DNA from: Longimicrobiales bacterium | Lineage (GTDB): Bacteria; Gemmatimonadota; Gemmatimonadetes; Longimicrobiales; Gaopeijiaceae | DNA length: 64,000 bases | Direction of reading: 5' to 3' | Assembly (NCBI GenBank): GCA_965202805.1 | Contig: OZ241869.1 | Location: 1,120,001 to 1,184,000 of the forward strand | Part shown: positions 51,839 to 61,086 of the stretch, piece after piece | Numbering within the stretch: position 1 is the stretch's first letter | Layout: every line of letters begins with the position of its first letter | Made by a program: the position numbers and the translations under genes | The notes under the pieces: model-generated | Told to the model about the DNA's origin: nothing | Databases searched by the model: none | What the model saw: the letters and a program-made list of their open reading frames with translations, nothing else

Positions 51839-52833
51839 GCGGCTTCCTCCTCGCGGTTCAGCTGCATGACGGCCTCGCGTACGGCGCGCAGGGCGAGCCG
51901 GGAGTCGCCAAGCAGGTGGTGAAGATGGCGCTCAAGCTGCCCGACCGGCGTAAGGTTGACCGGGGCACGAGCATCCCGGTGCAGTGCCGACGCGAAGGCC
52001 GGGAGCCACTGGGCGGCGCTGTCCACGGTCGCAATGGCCTGGTCGCGCCCGGCACTCATCGGCACCTCGATGCGCGCGATTCCCGCCCAGGGCCCGGCCC
52101 ACGGACCGGGATCGCCCACGCGAATGTAGCACGCGTACAGATCGTCCCTTATGGCGAACATGCTCGACCTCTCGCCCACACCGACACGCGGCACCCTTTG
52201 CCACTGCTCGATCACAAGCGTGCGGCGGTGGTGGGTCTTGACGTATCCGACCACCGGTGTCGTGCGGCTTCGGCGTATGCTGTGGAGTGGCCCGTCGAAC
52301 ACGGTCAGCCGCCCGTCCGCGAGGAGCCGATCGGCGACCTCGGCCTCGGTGTCTCGCATTATGCGCTGAAGGTGCCGCGCTGCGGCGTCGGGCTCGTCGC
52401 TGTCGACCGAAAGAGCCGCCCATCGCCATCCGCCCGCATGTGGACGCAGGCGCACCTGGTGTCCATCCGAAAAAATGACTGCTCTCCCGGTCGCTACGTG
52501 GGAGATCGCGGCGGGTCTGCCCGGCTCGATCAGCACTGCTCCCGCGCCCCACGCGCCCGCGATCCCCGTCGTGGTCTCGCCTGCGGGATTCGTCCGCGTG
52601 AGGTGCGCCTCGGTCCGGCGCACCCCGTCCACGAAACAGATGCGCGGAGGGCGACCCGCGTCCGGGGGTCTGTGGATGCGAAACGCGCCTCCATTCTCGA
52701 CCACACGGCACTCCACCGTATGGGTCTCGTCCTCACCGGCACGAAACCCCGCGCCGTGGGACGCGTCGAAGGGCTCAACTCCGACGAAGGCGCGGTCCGG
52801 CGTACGAATATCCCGAATGTGAAACCCCCTCAC
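51835..52833 (-). CDS. nurA: NurA-like nuclease (RNase H/PIWI fold)
   Basis: CFVDGVRR, VFDGPL, VGYVKTH, ARIE, DARAPVNLTPVGQLE; GTGA overlaps with the aroF stop and the herA start. Confidence 0.78.
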   Translation of the reverse strand: MRGFHIRDIRTPDRAFVGVEPFDASHGAGFRAGEDETHTVECRVVENGGAFRIHRPPDAGRPPRICFVDGVRRTEAHLTRTNPAGETTTGIAGAWGAGAVLIEPGRPAAISHVATGRAVIFSDGHQVRLRPHAGGWRWAALSVDSDEPDAAARHLQRIMRDTEAEVADRLLADGRLTVFDGPLHSIRRSRTTPVVGYVKTHHRRTLVIEQWQRVPRVGVGERSSMFAIRDDLYACYIRVGDPGPWAGPWAGIARIEVPMSAGRDQAIATVDSAAQWLPAFASALHRDARAPVNLTPVGQLERHLHHLLGDSRLALRAVREAVMQLNREEEAA

Positions 52834-53879
52834 GCCGTCTGGCGGACCTCCGCGAGCGGCGCCACCAGCGGCCGGCCGATGTGCTCGGCGATCCCGCGCA
52901 CCTGCGCCATCATCTCGACGAACTGCTCCGGGTAGAGCGACTGGGCTCCATCCGAGAGTGCCCTCGGCGGATCGGGATGCACCTCCACGATGAGGCCGTC
53001 CGCCCCGGCGGCGACCGCGGCGCGAGCCATGGGCGTCACCTTGTCGCGAATGCCGGTGCCGTGGCTGGGATCGGCGATGATGGGCAGGTGCGAGAGCGAC
53101 TGCACCACCGGGATCGCCGTCAGGTCGAACAGGTTGCGGGTTTCGGTGTCGAAGCTGCGCACCCCCCGCTCGCACAGGATGATGTTCGGGTTGCCCTCGG
53201 AGAGGATGTATTCAGCCGCGAGCAGCAGCTCCTTGATGGTGGCCGCGAGGCCGCGCTTCAGCAGGACGGGCCGCGGCGATCGTCCCGCGCGCCGCAGCAG
53301 TGGGTAGTTCTGCATGTTGCGGGCGCCGATCTGCACGATGTCGGCGTACTCCTCGACCGCATCGAGGCTTCTCACGTCAAGAGCCTCGGTCACTATGGCG
53401 AGACCGGTGGCTGCGCGGGCGCGCGCCAGAAACCTGAGGCCCTCGACCTCCAGCCCCTGGAACGAGTACGGCGAGGTGCGCGGCTTGTAGGCGCCGCCGC
53501 GCAGGATGGTGGCCCCCGCCTCCGCCACCCGCTCGGCCGCTTCCATGATCTGCCCCTCCGACTCGACCGAGCAGGGGCCGCCCATCACGGCGATCTCGCG
53601 CCCGCCGATGACGGTGCCGTTGGCGAGCGTGACCACGGTGTCTTCCTCGCGCCACTCTCGCGACACCTGCTTGTAGGGGCGGCTGACCGGGATGATCTCG
53701 AGGACCCCCGGGAGTCCCACCAGGCGGGCCTTGTCCACCCGCCCGTCGTTCCCGACCAGGCCGATTGCCGTGCGCTGGCGGCCGGGCATGGGATGCGCCT
53801 GGTATCCCATCGCGTGGATGGTGCCCACGGCCCCCTGGACGTCCTGGGCCGTGGCGTTGTGCTTCATGACGATGAGCAT
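52830..53879 (-). CDS. aroF: DAHP synthase, class Ibeta with N-terminal regulatory domain
   Basis: GPCSVES, RGGAYKPRTSPYSFQG, IGARNMQN, LKRG, LCERG, DPSHGTG, EVH, DGAQSL. Confidence 0.96.
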   Translation of the reverse strand: MLIVMKHNATAQDVQGAVGTIHAMGYQAHPMPGRQRTAIGLVGNDGRVDKARLVGLPGVLEIIPVSRPYKQVSREWREEDTVVTLANGTVIGGREIAVMGGPCSVESEGQIMEAAERVAEAGATILRGGAYKPRTSPYSFQGLEVEGLRFLARARAATGLAIVTEALDVRSLDAVEEYADIVQIGARNMQNYPLLRRAGRSPRPVLLKRGLAATIKELLLAAEYILSEGNPNIILCERGVRSFDTETRNLFDLTAIPVVQSLSHLPIIADPSHGTGIRDKVTPMARAAVAAGADGLIVEVHPDPPRALSDGAQSLYPEQFVEMMAQVRGIAEHIGRPLVAPLAEVRQTA

Positions 53880-53982
53880 GTCCCTCTCGTGGATGAGATG
53901 TGTCTGCGAATCCGCAGAGCCGGGTTCACGTGCGGCCGCGGCGCGTGGCCGGGACGGCGTTCGATTGCAAGGACGGCGCGGC

Positions 53983-56900
53983 CTATGCAGACGCACCCGC
54001 TTCGAGGCGAACCCCTACCACCGAACTCACCCCCGGCTCCTCCATGGTCAGCCCGTAGATCCAGTCGGCCGCCTCGATGGTGCGCGGATTGTGGGTGATC
54101 ACCACGAACTGGCTCTGCTGCTTGAACTCTCGCAGAAGCTGAACGAAGCGGTCAATGTTGCTCTCGTCAAGCGGGGCATCCACTTCATCGAGCACGCAGA
54201 AGGGGCTCGGCTTCACGAGGTATATCCCGAAGAGCAGCGCGAGGGCGGTAAGCGCCCTCTCTCCCCCCGACAGCAGATCGATGCGGCGGGTCCTCTTGCC
54301 CATGGGAGAGGCGTGGATGTCGACGGGCCCTCCGAGGGGGTCATCCGGGTCGCCCAGACGCAGGTCGCACTCTCCGCCCTCGAACAGGCGCTGGAAGATG
54401 TTGCGGAAGTTCCCGCGCGCCGCTTCGAAGGTTTCGAGGAAGAGCCTGGTGGCGGTCTGGTCGATCTCGCGGATGGCGGCGCGCAGGTCGTTGCGCGCCC
54501 GCTCGAGGTCGTCGCGCTGCCCGGTCAGGAAGTTCAGGCGCTCGTTCTGTTCCGCGTGCTCTTCGATGGCGAGCATGTTGACCGGTCCGAGGCGCTCGAT
54601 CGACTGAACGAGCCCGGCCAGCTCCTCCTTCAGCTCGCCGGGGTCTCCCTCGACCGGTTCCGCCATCTCGACCAGCCTCTCGAAGGGACGCGCCCACTCC
54701 GTCTCCACGCGCTCGCGGATGAGAACGATCTTCCCGCCCAGCTCCTGCTCCTCCAGGTTCAGGTCGTGATGCCGGTCGGAGGCGGCCCGCTCGGCCGCGC
54801 GTGCGGCGTCGACCCTCCGGTCGGCATGCCTGACCTCCTCTCTCGCCCGCTCGAGGGTCGCGTCATCCTCCGCGAGCCTCCCGCGCGCGCGGTCGCGCCG
54901 CTTGAAGAGCCGCTCGACGGCCTTGCCCCCGCGTGCGAGCAGCGCCCGGGCTTCGGCCACCTCGCGGCCAAGCTGCCCTTCCTCCTTCTCCAGCCGCGCG
55001 AGCTGTGAGGAGGCCTGCGCCTCCGCCCTGCCCAGATCGCCCAAGCGCTCGTCGGCGCGCGCGAGTTCGCCCTCCTGCTGATTCGACTGGATGGCGAGCC
55101 GGGCCTCGTCCACGCGTGCGCGCTCCCAGTCCCCCTCCGCCACCTCGAGCACCTCGGCGGCCCGTTCTCCACGACGGCGCAGGGCGGCGGCTTCGGCGGT
55201 GAGGCCTTCCAGTTCCTCCCGCTGTGCGTGCTCCCGGCCGGTCGCGGCGGCGACGGCTTCCCGGGTGTCGCGGACGCGCCGTGCGAGGTCGTCGCTGTCC
55301 CGTGTCAGCCGGGTGCGACGCTCCTCCTGCGTGCTTCGGTCCGCCCGGGCGGCGCGCAGGTCGTCTGCGGCGCGCGACAGGGCCGCGCGCCGCTCCCCGA
55401 GCACCTTCTCCGCCCGCTCGACACGCGCCTGCGCCGCCTCGCGCGCCCCCCGGGCGCGCGAGGCTTCCCGGGTGGCGGCGACGGCGGCCTCCTCGAGGGC
55501 CGCGAGCTTGCCGCGGCGTTCGAGGAGGCCGGCCGTCCCCGCGGGGTTGCCCACGACCACCACGCCGCGCGCGTCCACCGACGCGGGCGGGCGGTCCCGC
55601 CCGGGCGTCCCGGCCGCTCCGGCGGAGTCCAGAGGCTCGATGCGCTCCACTCCGGCCAGAAGCACCCGCACCCAGGGAGCGCCCGGGCCCTCCGGGCGAA
55701 GCCCGCCCAGCAGCGATCCCGGTGGACCCGCCTCGGCGGCCTCGTCGAGCGGGAGGAGGACGATCCCTCCGCCCTCCGACCACTCCTCGGCGAACCACCG
55801 GCGCAGGCGCGCGGCGGCCTCGCCGTCCTCCACCAGCAGCGCCTGGGCCAGATGCCCCAGGTACGATTCCGCCGCGCTCAGCGCGCCGGCCGGGCCCGCG
55901 ATGCACTGCGACAGCGTGCCGAGCACGAGATCCGGACGCGCCTCGCGGGCCGCCCGCACCACCGGCTCGTAGCCGACCCCATCCCGCTCCATGGTCTCGA
56001 GGGCGCTCCGCCGGGCCGCAAGCCCCGAGGCCTGGTCGGCCGCCTCCACTTCGGCGGCTCGCGCCCGCACCTGCGCACTGCGTGCCTCCTCGAAGTCCCG
56101 CAGCCCCTCGTCCACCTTTGTACGGGCCCGCGCTGCCGAAGCCTCGAGGCGGCCCATCCGGTCGTCGGACTCCCCGCCCTCCCGGCGCATGCCGGTCAGT
56201 GCGAGCTCGGTCTGCGAGGCACGTTCCTCGAGCCGGACCAGGCGACCACGCAACTCGTCCACCCGGGTGCGCGAGGCGCCCACGGTCCCCTCCATGCCGG
56301 CCACCCGGCGCAACAGTCTCCGTTCCCTGCCGCGCACTTCTGCGAGCGTCGCGCGCGCTCGCCTGAGCCGTTCCCTCGCGCGCGCCGTAACCTGCCGCGC
56401 CTGCCCCGCCTCCGCGCGCACTTCGGCCAGTTCGGCCGCGGTCCGGGCGCGCGACCTCCGCAGCTCGGCCAGTTCGCGCGCCAGTTCGCCGGAACGCCGG
56501 CCCGCCACCTCCTGATCCTCGCCGATCTGCCCCAGTCGCCGATCGGCGTAGACGATGCGCTCGCGCGCAACCGCCAGGTCCCGCTCCCAGCGCACCAGAT
56601 CCTTCTGGATGCTGCCGAGTACTCCCGCCGCCTCGGTGCGCGATTTCTCGGCCTCCAGGCTTCGCACCCGCGAGGCCTCGCGCTCGGTCTCGGCCGTCCG
56701 GAGCTCGATCAGCGTCGCCTGCTGCGCCTCCTGCTCGCGCGCGAGCAGCTCCCGAACCTTCGTCAGGCGATCCTCGAACTCGACAAGGTCCGCCGACACC
56801 ACCGCGACCTCAACCGACAGGCGTCGCTTCCTCAGGCCGTGGTAGCGCTGTGCCTTTCCCTTCTGGCGCGCCAGGGAGCGGACCTTGGTCGCCACCTCCG

Positions 56901-57486
56901 CGATAACGTCCTCCAGCCGCTCCAGGTCCAGCTCCGCCCGGGCAAGCCGCTGTCCCGCGATCCGGCTCCGGTCCTTGTACTTGCCGATGCCCGCAGCCTC
57001 CTCGAACAACCCGCGGCGCTCTCCCGCCCGCTCCGAGAGAATCGCGTCGATCATGCGGCTCTCGATGATCGCGTAGGCGTTGGCGCCCAGTCCGGTGTCC
57101 CGGCACAGCTCCTGGACGTCGCGCAGGCGACAGGTGGTGCGGTTGATCGAGTACTCGCTGCCGCCATCGCGGTACACCGTGCGGCCGATCTCGACTTCGC
57201 CGAAGGGAACCGGGAGCAGCCCGTCCTCGTTGGTGACCCGGAGGATGACCGATCCGCGGTTGATGGGCCGCCGATGGACCGTTCCCTGGAAGATCACCTC
57301 CTCCATGCGCGAGCCGCGTACGACCGTGGGACGCTGCTCGCCAAGCACCCAGCGAACCGCGTCGCTGATGTTGGATTTTCCGCAGCCGTTCGGGCCCACG
57401 ATCGCGGTAATGCCCTCGTGAAACACGATGTCGGTCCGTTCGGGAAACGACTTGAACCCGTGCAGGCTGAGCGAGGCGAGCTTCAT
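53983..57486 (-). CDS. smc: Chromosome segregation protein SMC
   Basis: LHGFKSF, GPNGCGKSNISDA, FEEAAGI, LGPVNMLA, LSGGE, LDEVDAPLD, ITHN. Confidence 0.96.
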   Translation of the reverse strand: MKLASLSLHGFKSFPERTDIVFHEGITAIVGPNGCGKSNISDAVRWVLGEQRPTVVRGSRMEEVIFQGTVHRRPINRGSVILRVTNEDGLLPVPFGEVEIGRTVYRDGGSEYSINRTTCRLRDVQELCRDTGLGANAYAIIESRMIDAILSERAGERRGLFEEAAGIGKYKDRSRIAGQRLARAELDLERLEDVIAEVATKVRSLARQKGKAQRYHGLRKRRLSVEVAVVSADLVEFEDRLTKVRELLAREQEAQQATLIELRTAETEREASRVRSLEAEKSRTEAAGVLGSIQKDLVRWERDLAVARERIVYADRRLGQIGEDQEVAGRRSGELARELAELRRSRARTAAELAEVRAEAGQARQVTARARERLRRARATLAEVRGRERRLLRRVAGMEGTVGASRTRVDELRGRLVRLEERASQTELALTGMRREGGESDDRMGRLEASAARARTKVDEGLRDFEEARSAQVRARAAEVEAADQASGLAARRSALETMERDGVGYEPVVRAAREARPDLVLGTLSQCIAGPAGALSAAESYLGHLAQALLVEDGEAAARLRRWFAEEWSEGGGIVLLPLDEAAEAGPPGSLLGGLRPEGPGAPWVRVLLAGVERIEPLDSAGAAGTPGRDRPPASVDARGVVVVGNPAGTAGLLERRGKLAALEEAAVAATREASRARGAREAAQARVERAEKVLGERRAALSRAADDLRAARADRSTQEERRTRLTRDSDDLARRVRDTREAVAAATGREHAQREELEGLTAEAAALRRRGERAAEVLEVAEGDWERARVDEARLAIQSNQQEGELARADERLGDLGRAEAQASSQLARLEKEEGQLGREVAEARALLARGGKAVERLFKRRDRARGRLAEDDATLERAREEVRHADRRVDAARAAERAASDRHHDLNLEEQELGGKIVLIRERVETEWARPFERLVEMAEPVEGDPGELKEELAGLVQSIERLGPVNMLAIEEHAEQNERLNFLTGQRDDLERARNDLRAAIREIDQTATRLFLETFEAARGNFRNIFQRLFEGGECDLRLGDPDDPLGGPVDIHASPMGKRTRRIDLLSGGERALTALALLFGIYLVKPSPFCVLDEVDAPLDESNIDRFVQLLREFKQQSQFVVITHNPRTIEAADWIYGLTMEEPGVSSVVGVRLEAGASA

Positions 57487-58481
57487 CGGGCGAAGAACCC
57501 GCTCACCCACGCCAGGAGGTTCTCGAACAGGTCCCGGAGCCGGCCGGCTCCGGGCACGTCGGCAATCCCGGCATTGTCGATCCCCATCAGGATCATCAGC
57601 GCCGCGAACAGGACCAGCACCACGAACGCCGCGATGCTGAGGCCCCGACCCCGTTCGTGGGAGACAGTCACGGGCTCCGGGCCGTCCGGGGGCTGCGCGC
57701 GGGCGGTTGCCGCGGCTGCCGGAGCCGGCTCCGCTTCGGCCACGGAGGGGTCGTCCTCTTCCGCGTCGTCATCGAATCCCTGCCACAGCGAGGCTCTGTA
57801 CGTCTGCTTGCCGAGGCGGTTCCGTCCCTTCCCGGTCGCCATCGTGACGGAAGTACCATTGGGCGCCGGACCCAGCAGAGCGATGGCATCCCTGAGTCCC
57901 ACACGTCCCAGCACGCCCATGGGTTCGCCCTTGCAGGCAAGCACGATCGAAGGGGTGCCGCGCGGATGGAAGGGCGATTCGGCAGCCTGATAGGTGACGA
58001 CCATGACGCCGCGCTCGACCAGGGTCGCAAGAAGACGATGCCACGCGGGCCGGTGGAGCAGGCGGCGCGGACTCGCCACGGGAGTCCCCGCCGTGGCCAC
58101 CCAGAAGCTCCCGTCGTTGGCGGGGCGCGCGATTCGCCTCAGGGAAGCGCCGTACTCGATGGCGTCGCTGATACCCTCGAGGTTTCCGCTGTTGAACGCC
58201 CGGTGCAGATGGGGCTCGTCGAAGCACAGGTCGACGAGCAGCACGCGTGCTCCCCGGGAGGCCCAGTTCCCCGCGATCGCCACCGCGGCGTGGACCGCCC
58301 AATCCTTGTGGCGTGCCCCGGAACTGGCCCGGACCTCGACCAGACGCCCATGCTCCGGGCCGACCGGAAGGTCGAGTTCCAGGATGTCGGAGAGGGTGTC
58401 CCGGGAATAGTCGAAGGGCTGCAACTGCAGCGCAGCATTGCCGCGTTCGGATCCCGCGGATGCGTCACCGCGGGGGGTCAT
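57483..58481 (-). CDS. Membrane-anchored protein with degenerate MinD/ParA/BY-kinase-like domain
   Basis: AIAGNWASRGARVLLVDLCFDEPHLH...GISDAI; no GKS/T Walker A; C-terminal TM helix. Confidence 0.6.
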   Translation of the reverse strand: MTPRGDASAGSERGNAALQLQPFDYSRDTLSDILELDLPVGPEHGRLVEVRASSGARHKDWAVHAAVAIAGNWASRGARVLLVDLCFDEPHLHRAFNSGNLEGISDAIEYGASLRRIARPANDGSFWVATAGTPVASPRRLLHRPAWHRLLATLVERGVMVVTYQAAESPFHPRGTPSIVLACKGEPMGVLGRVGLRDAIALLGPAPNGTSVTMATGKGRNRLGKQTYRASLWQGFDDDAEEDDPSVAEAEPAPAAAATARAQPPDGPEPVTVSHERGRGLSIAAFVVLVLFAALMILMGIDNAGIADVPGAGRLRDLFENLLAWVSGFFAR

Positions 58482-58870
58482 GGCGGCCCGGCCTCCGTGT
58501 CTGCCGCAAGCTCGTGCCTGGGCGCGTCCCCCCAGAGCGCCTCCAGCTGATAGAAGGATCGCACCTCGGGGTGAAACACGTGGACGACGAAGTCGATGTA
58601 GTCGATCAGCACCCAGCGGGCTTCCCGGCCTCCCTCCGTGTGCGCGGGGTGGGTTCCCTCTTTGCGCAGCTGCCGGGTCACGTGGTCCGAGATCGAACGC
58701 ACCTGGGTGTCGGAGGTGCCGGTGGCCAGGAGAAAGTAGTCGGTGGCCGCGGAGATGCCGCGCAGGTCGAGCACGACCACGTCGCTGGCCTTGCGTTCGA
58801 GCGTCAACCGGGCCGCCCGCCGGATCGCGGGCGGGAGACCGGAATCGCCGGAAAAGGCAGCTTCGACCAT
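58478..58870 (-). CDS. rsfS: Ribosome silencing factor
   Basis: ERKASDVVVLDL, TDYFLLATG, WVLIDY, VHVF..EVRSFYQLEALW. Confidence 0.95.
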   Translation of the reverse strand: MVEAAFSGDSGLPPAIRRAARLTLERKASDVVVLDLRGISAATDYFLLATGTSDTQVRSISDHVTRQLRKEGTHPAHTEGGREARWVLIDYIDFVVHVFHPEVRSFYQLEALWGDAPRHELAADTEAGPP

Positions 58871-58889
58871 GCGCGGGCGCCCGGCGGGC

Positions 58890-59345
58890 TCAGCTCGTCC
58901 TTTCCACGTGCACGGTCACCTTGACCTCCACTTCCGCGTGGAGCTTGATCGGGACGTCGAAGACGCCCAGCGTCTTGATCGGTTCCGCAAGGTTGACGTG
59001 TCGCTTGTCCAGAACGAAGTCGAGCCCCGAGGTGACGGCCCGTTCGGCGATGTCGGCCGCGGTCACCGAGCCGAACAGCTTGTCGGTCTCGCCCGCGCGG
59101 GCCCGGAACACGAGGTGCATGCCCTCGAGCCTGGAGGCGCGCCGGCGGGCTTCCAGGTACGCCCTGCGGGCCTGCTCCTCCGCCCGCTTCCGCTCCCGCT
59201 CCAGCCGGCGGACATTGGCTGCCGATGCTTCGTAGGCGAGGCCGCGGGGCAGGAGGAAGTTGCGGGCATAGCCCGGTTTCACGTTCACGACATCGCCCGG
59301 TTCACCGAGGCGGTCCACGGCTTCCTTGAGGATCAGTTTCACCAT
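58890..59345 (-). CDS. rplI: 50S ribosomal protein bL9
   Basis: LGEPGDVVNVKPGYARNFLLP, KLFGSVT, PIKTLG, IKLH. Confidence 0.97.
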   Translation of the reverse strand: MVKLILKEAVDRLGEPGDVVNVKPGYARNFLLPRGLAYEASAANVRRLERERKRAEEQARRAYLEARRRASRLEGMHLVFRARAGETDKLFGSVTAADIAERAVTSGLDFVLDKRHVNLAEPIKTLGVFDVPIKLHAEVEVKVTVHVERTS

Positions 59346-59411
59346 CCACTCCTGGTTTCTCGAAACATGCGGGCCTGCGCCGTCAGACGCTACGCAGACC
59401 GGGGTTGTCGG

Positions 59412-60314
59412 TCACGTCCGCCGGGCCCGGGCGCGGATGTCCACCCAGGTGTCCACCAGCCCGATCAGCAGTGCCGCTGCGAACAGAAAGGGTGCCAGCA
59501 GCAGGAAGGCGAGCGCAAGCAGCCCCCATCCGAAGGCGGACACGCCGCGGGTCAGGGCGACCGCCACGCCGGCGCCGCGCAACGCATAGAGCGCGCCGGT
59601 GAAGGCAAGCAGGTTCAGCCCCGCCCGGCCCGTGGCGCCGTCGGGCTGCAGGATGAACATCACCGCGCCCGCGACCAGCAGCCACACCAACTGGTCGTTG
59701 AACCGGAAGTCGCGCAGCGGGCCGATTCCTTCGCTGTTTCCCCGCACCAGGCGGACGTAGAGCCACCATGCGGTTCCCAGCGCGGCGAGAGACGATAGCC
59801 CGAGCATCGCCGGAAACAGGTTGCTCTGCCACTCCGCCGCCTGGAACACCGTGCTGATTACGGTCCCGGGGAGCGGAGTTCCGTCCCGGAGCACGCGCAG
59901 GGCTTCCAGGGACGTGCTCACTCCGTCCCGCAACCTGGTCGCCACCATCCGGTCGATGATTGCCCAGCGCCGGGGGCTCAGCCCCAGGGCGGCCCATGCG
60001 CCGGCACCGGAAACCGCGATGGCCAGCAGCGCCCGGGGCAGGAACCGCCGTTCGGGCCACCGCAGCGTCACGGCGGCGAAGCAGCCGCCCAGGATGATCG
60101 TCCATCCACGCTCCACGTACCACAATCCGGATCGGGTCGCGCCCGCCAGGGCCACCACCATCCCCAGAGCGCCGGCCATCAGGGGCAGGACCCGCCTCGC
60201 GGGCGTGCTGAATACAAGACACGCGAACGGGATCAACACCAGGACGGGGGGCGCGAAGACGGAGAGCAGCAGGACGGCGAAAAACAGGGCTCCCGCTCGT
60301 CCCCAGCCCCTCAA
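59412..60314 (-). CDS. DUF2232/YybS-like membrane protein
   Basis: Multi-TM; C-terminal LIGLVDTWVDIR; canonical position between rpsR and rplI. Confidence 0.75.
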   Translation of the reverse strand: MRGWGRAGALFFAVLLLSVFAPPVLVLIPFACLVFSTPARRVLPLMAGALGMVVALAGATRSGLWYVERGWTIILGGCFAAVTLRWPERRFLPRALLAIAVSGAGAWAALGLSPRRWAIIDRMVATRLRDGVSTSLEALRVLRDGTPLPGTVISTVFQAAEWQSNLFPAMLGLSSLAALGTAWWLYVRLVRGNSEGIGPLRDFRFNDQLVWLLVAGAVMFILQPDGATGRAGLNLLAFTGALYALRGAGVAVALTRGVSAFGWGLLALAFLLLAPFLFAAALLIGLVDTWVDIRARARRT

Positions 60315-60341
60315 CGCCGTCCCCTCCCCACCAGGGGCCGG

Positions 60342-60992
60342 CTATCCCTCGTGACGGCGCACGTAGGGAAGCAGGGCCAGGTAGCGCGCCCGCTTCACCG
60401 CCCGTCCCAGCTTGCGCTGAAATCCGGCGGCCACGCGGGTGGTACGCCGGGGGAGGAGCTTGCCCTGCTCGGTGACGAAGCGCGACAGCGTCGCCACATC
60501 CTTGTAGTTCAGGATGGTGATCGGAGGACCTTCGATGCGCCTGCGGTGACCGCGCCCACCGGAGAACTCGGGCGGGCTCGTGCGGACTTCGGCTTCTTCT
60601 TCCCCGCCCTCCTCCTCGCCCCCGGCGTTGTCGTCTCCACCGGATTCCTCCGCGGCACTGGAGGCTGGAGGGGTCGCGGCCACCACCGACAGGCCCGAGG
60701 AAGGTTCGCCCTCGTTTACCACGAGGAGATACCGGAGCACGCCCTCGTCGAGCTTCATGATGCGCTCCAGTTCGGGCAGGCTCGCAGGATCGCCGAGAAA
60801 CTGCGTCACGACGTAGTAGCCGGAGGTCTGCTTCTGGATGGGGTAGGCGAGCCGGCGGCCGCCCCAGTGGTCCACGACCCTGATTTCGGCATCCCCACCG
60901 GACACCAGGCCGTGGAATCGATCCATCTTCTGCTGGATGGCATCCTCGCCCACGGCGGGATGGAAAATCACAACGAGTTCATAGTCGCGCAT
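60342..60992 (-). CDS. rpsF-rpsR: Fused 30S ribosomal proteins bS6-bS18
   Basis: [30 protein letters not shown] (S6), acidic linker, then [41 protein letters not shown] (S18), all in one frame. Confidence 0.93.
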   Translation of the reverse strand: MRDYELVVIFHPAVGEDAIQQKMDRFHGLVSGGDAEIRVVDHWGGRRLAYPIQKQTSGYYVVTQFLGDPASLPELERIMKLDEGVLRYLLVVNEGEPSSGLSVVAATPPASSAAEESGGDDNAGGEEEGGEEEAEVRTSPPEFSGGRGHRRRIEGPPITILNYKDVATLSRFVTEQGKLLPRRTTRVAAGFQRKLGRAVKRARYLALLPYVRRHEG

Positions 60993-60994
60993 GG

Positions 60995-61078
60995 TCTCTC
61001 CCATGGACCGCGTGTTGACGGGCCTCGCTCCCGGGAGGCTGTTCGCGGGAAGATTCCCTCCGGGGCCGAGGCGGGATC
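60995..61078 (-). ncRNA. Putative S6:S18 ribosomal protein leader (cis-regulatory RNA)
   Basis: Minus strand: uccc-gccucg...cgaggc-CCG-ucaacacgcgguccau-ggga(g); lower stem sequesters the SD; CCG directly follows the upper stem. Confidence 0.55.
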
Positions 61079-61086
61079 GGCAAGGG

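Noticed and set aside
44046..52833. Integrative mobile element or prophage call for the island
   Set aside because: No integrase, transposase, tRNA target or flanking direct repeats were seen.
51835..53175. 446-aa version of the NurA ORF from the track
   Set aside because: The extension overlaps aroF by about 345 nt; the GTG at 52833 coupled to the aroF stop is more plausible.
53983..58481. smc as part of a Wadjet/MksBEF defence system
   Set aside because: Canonical SMC motifs in a housekeeping context; no jetABD-like neighbours.
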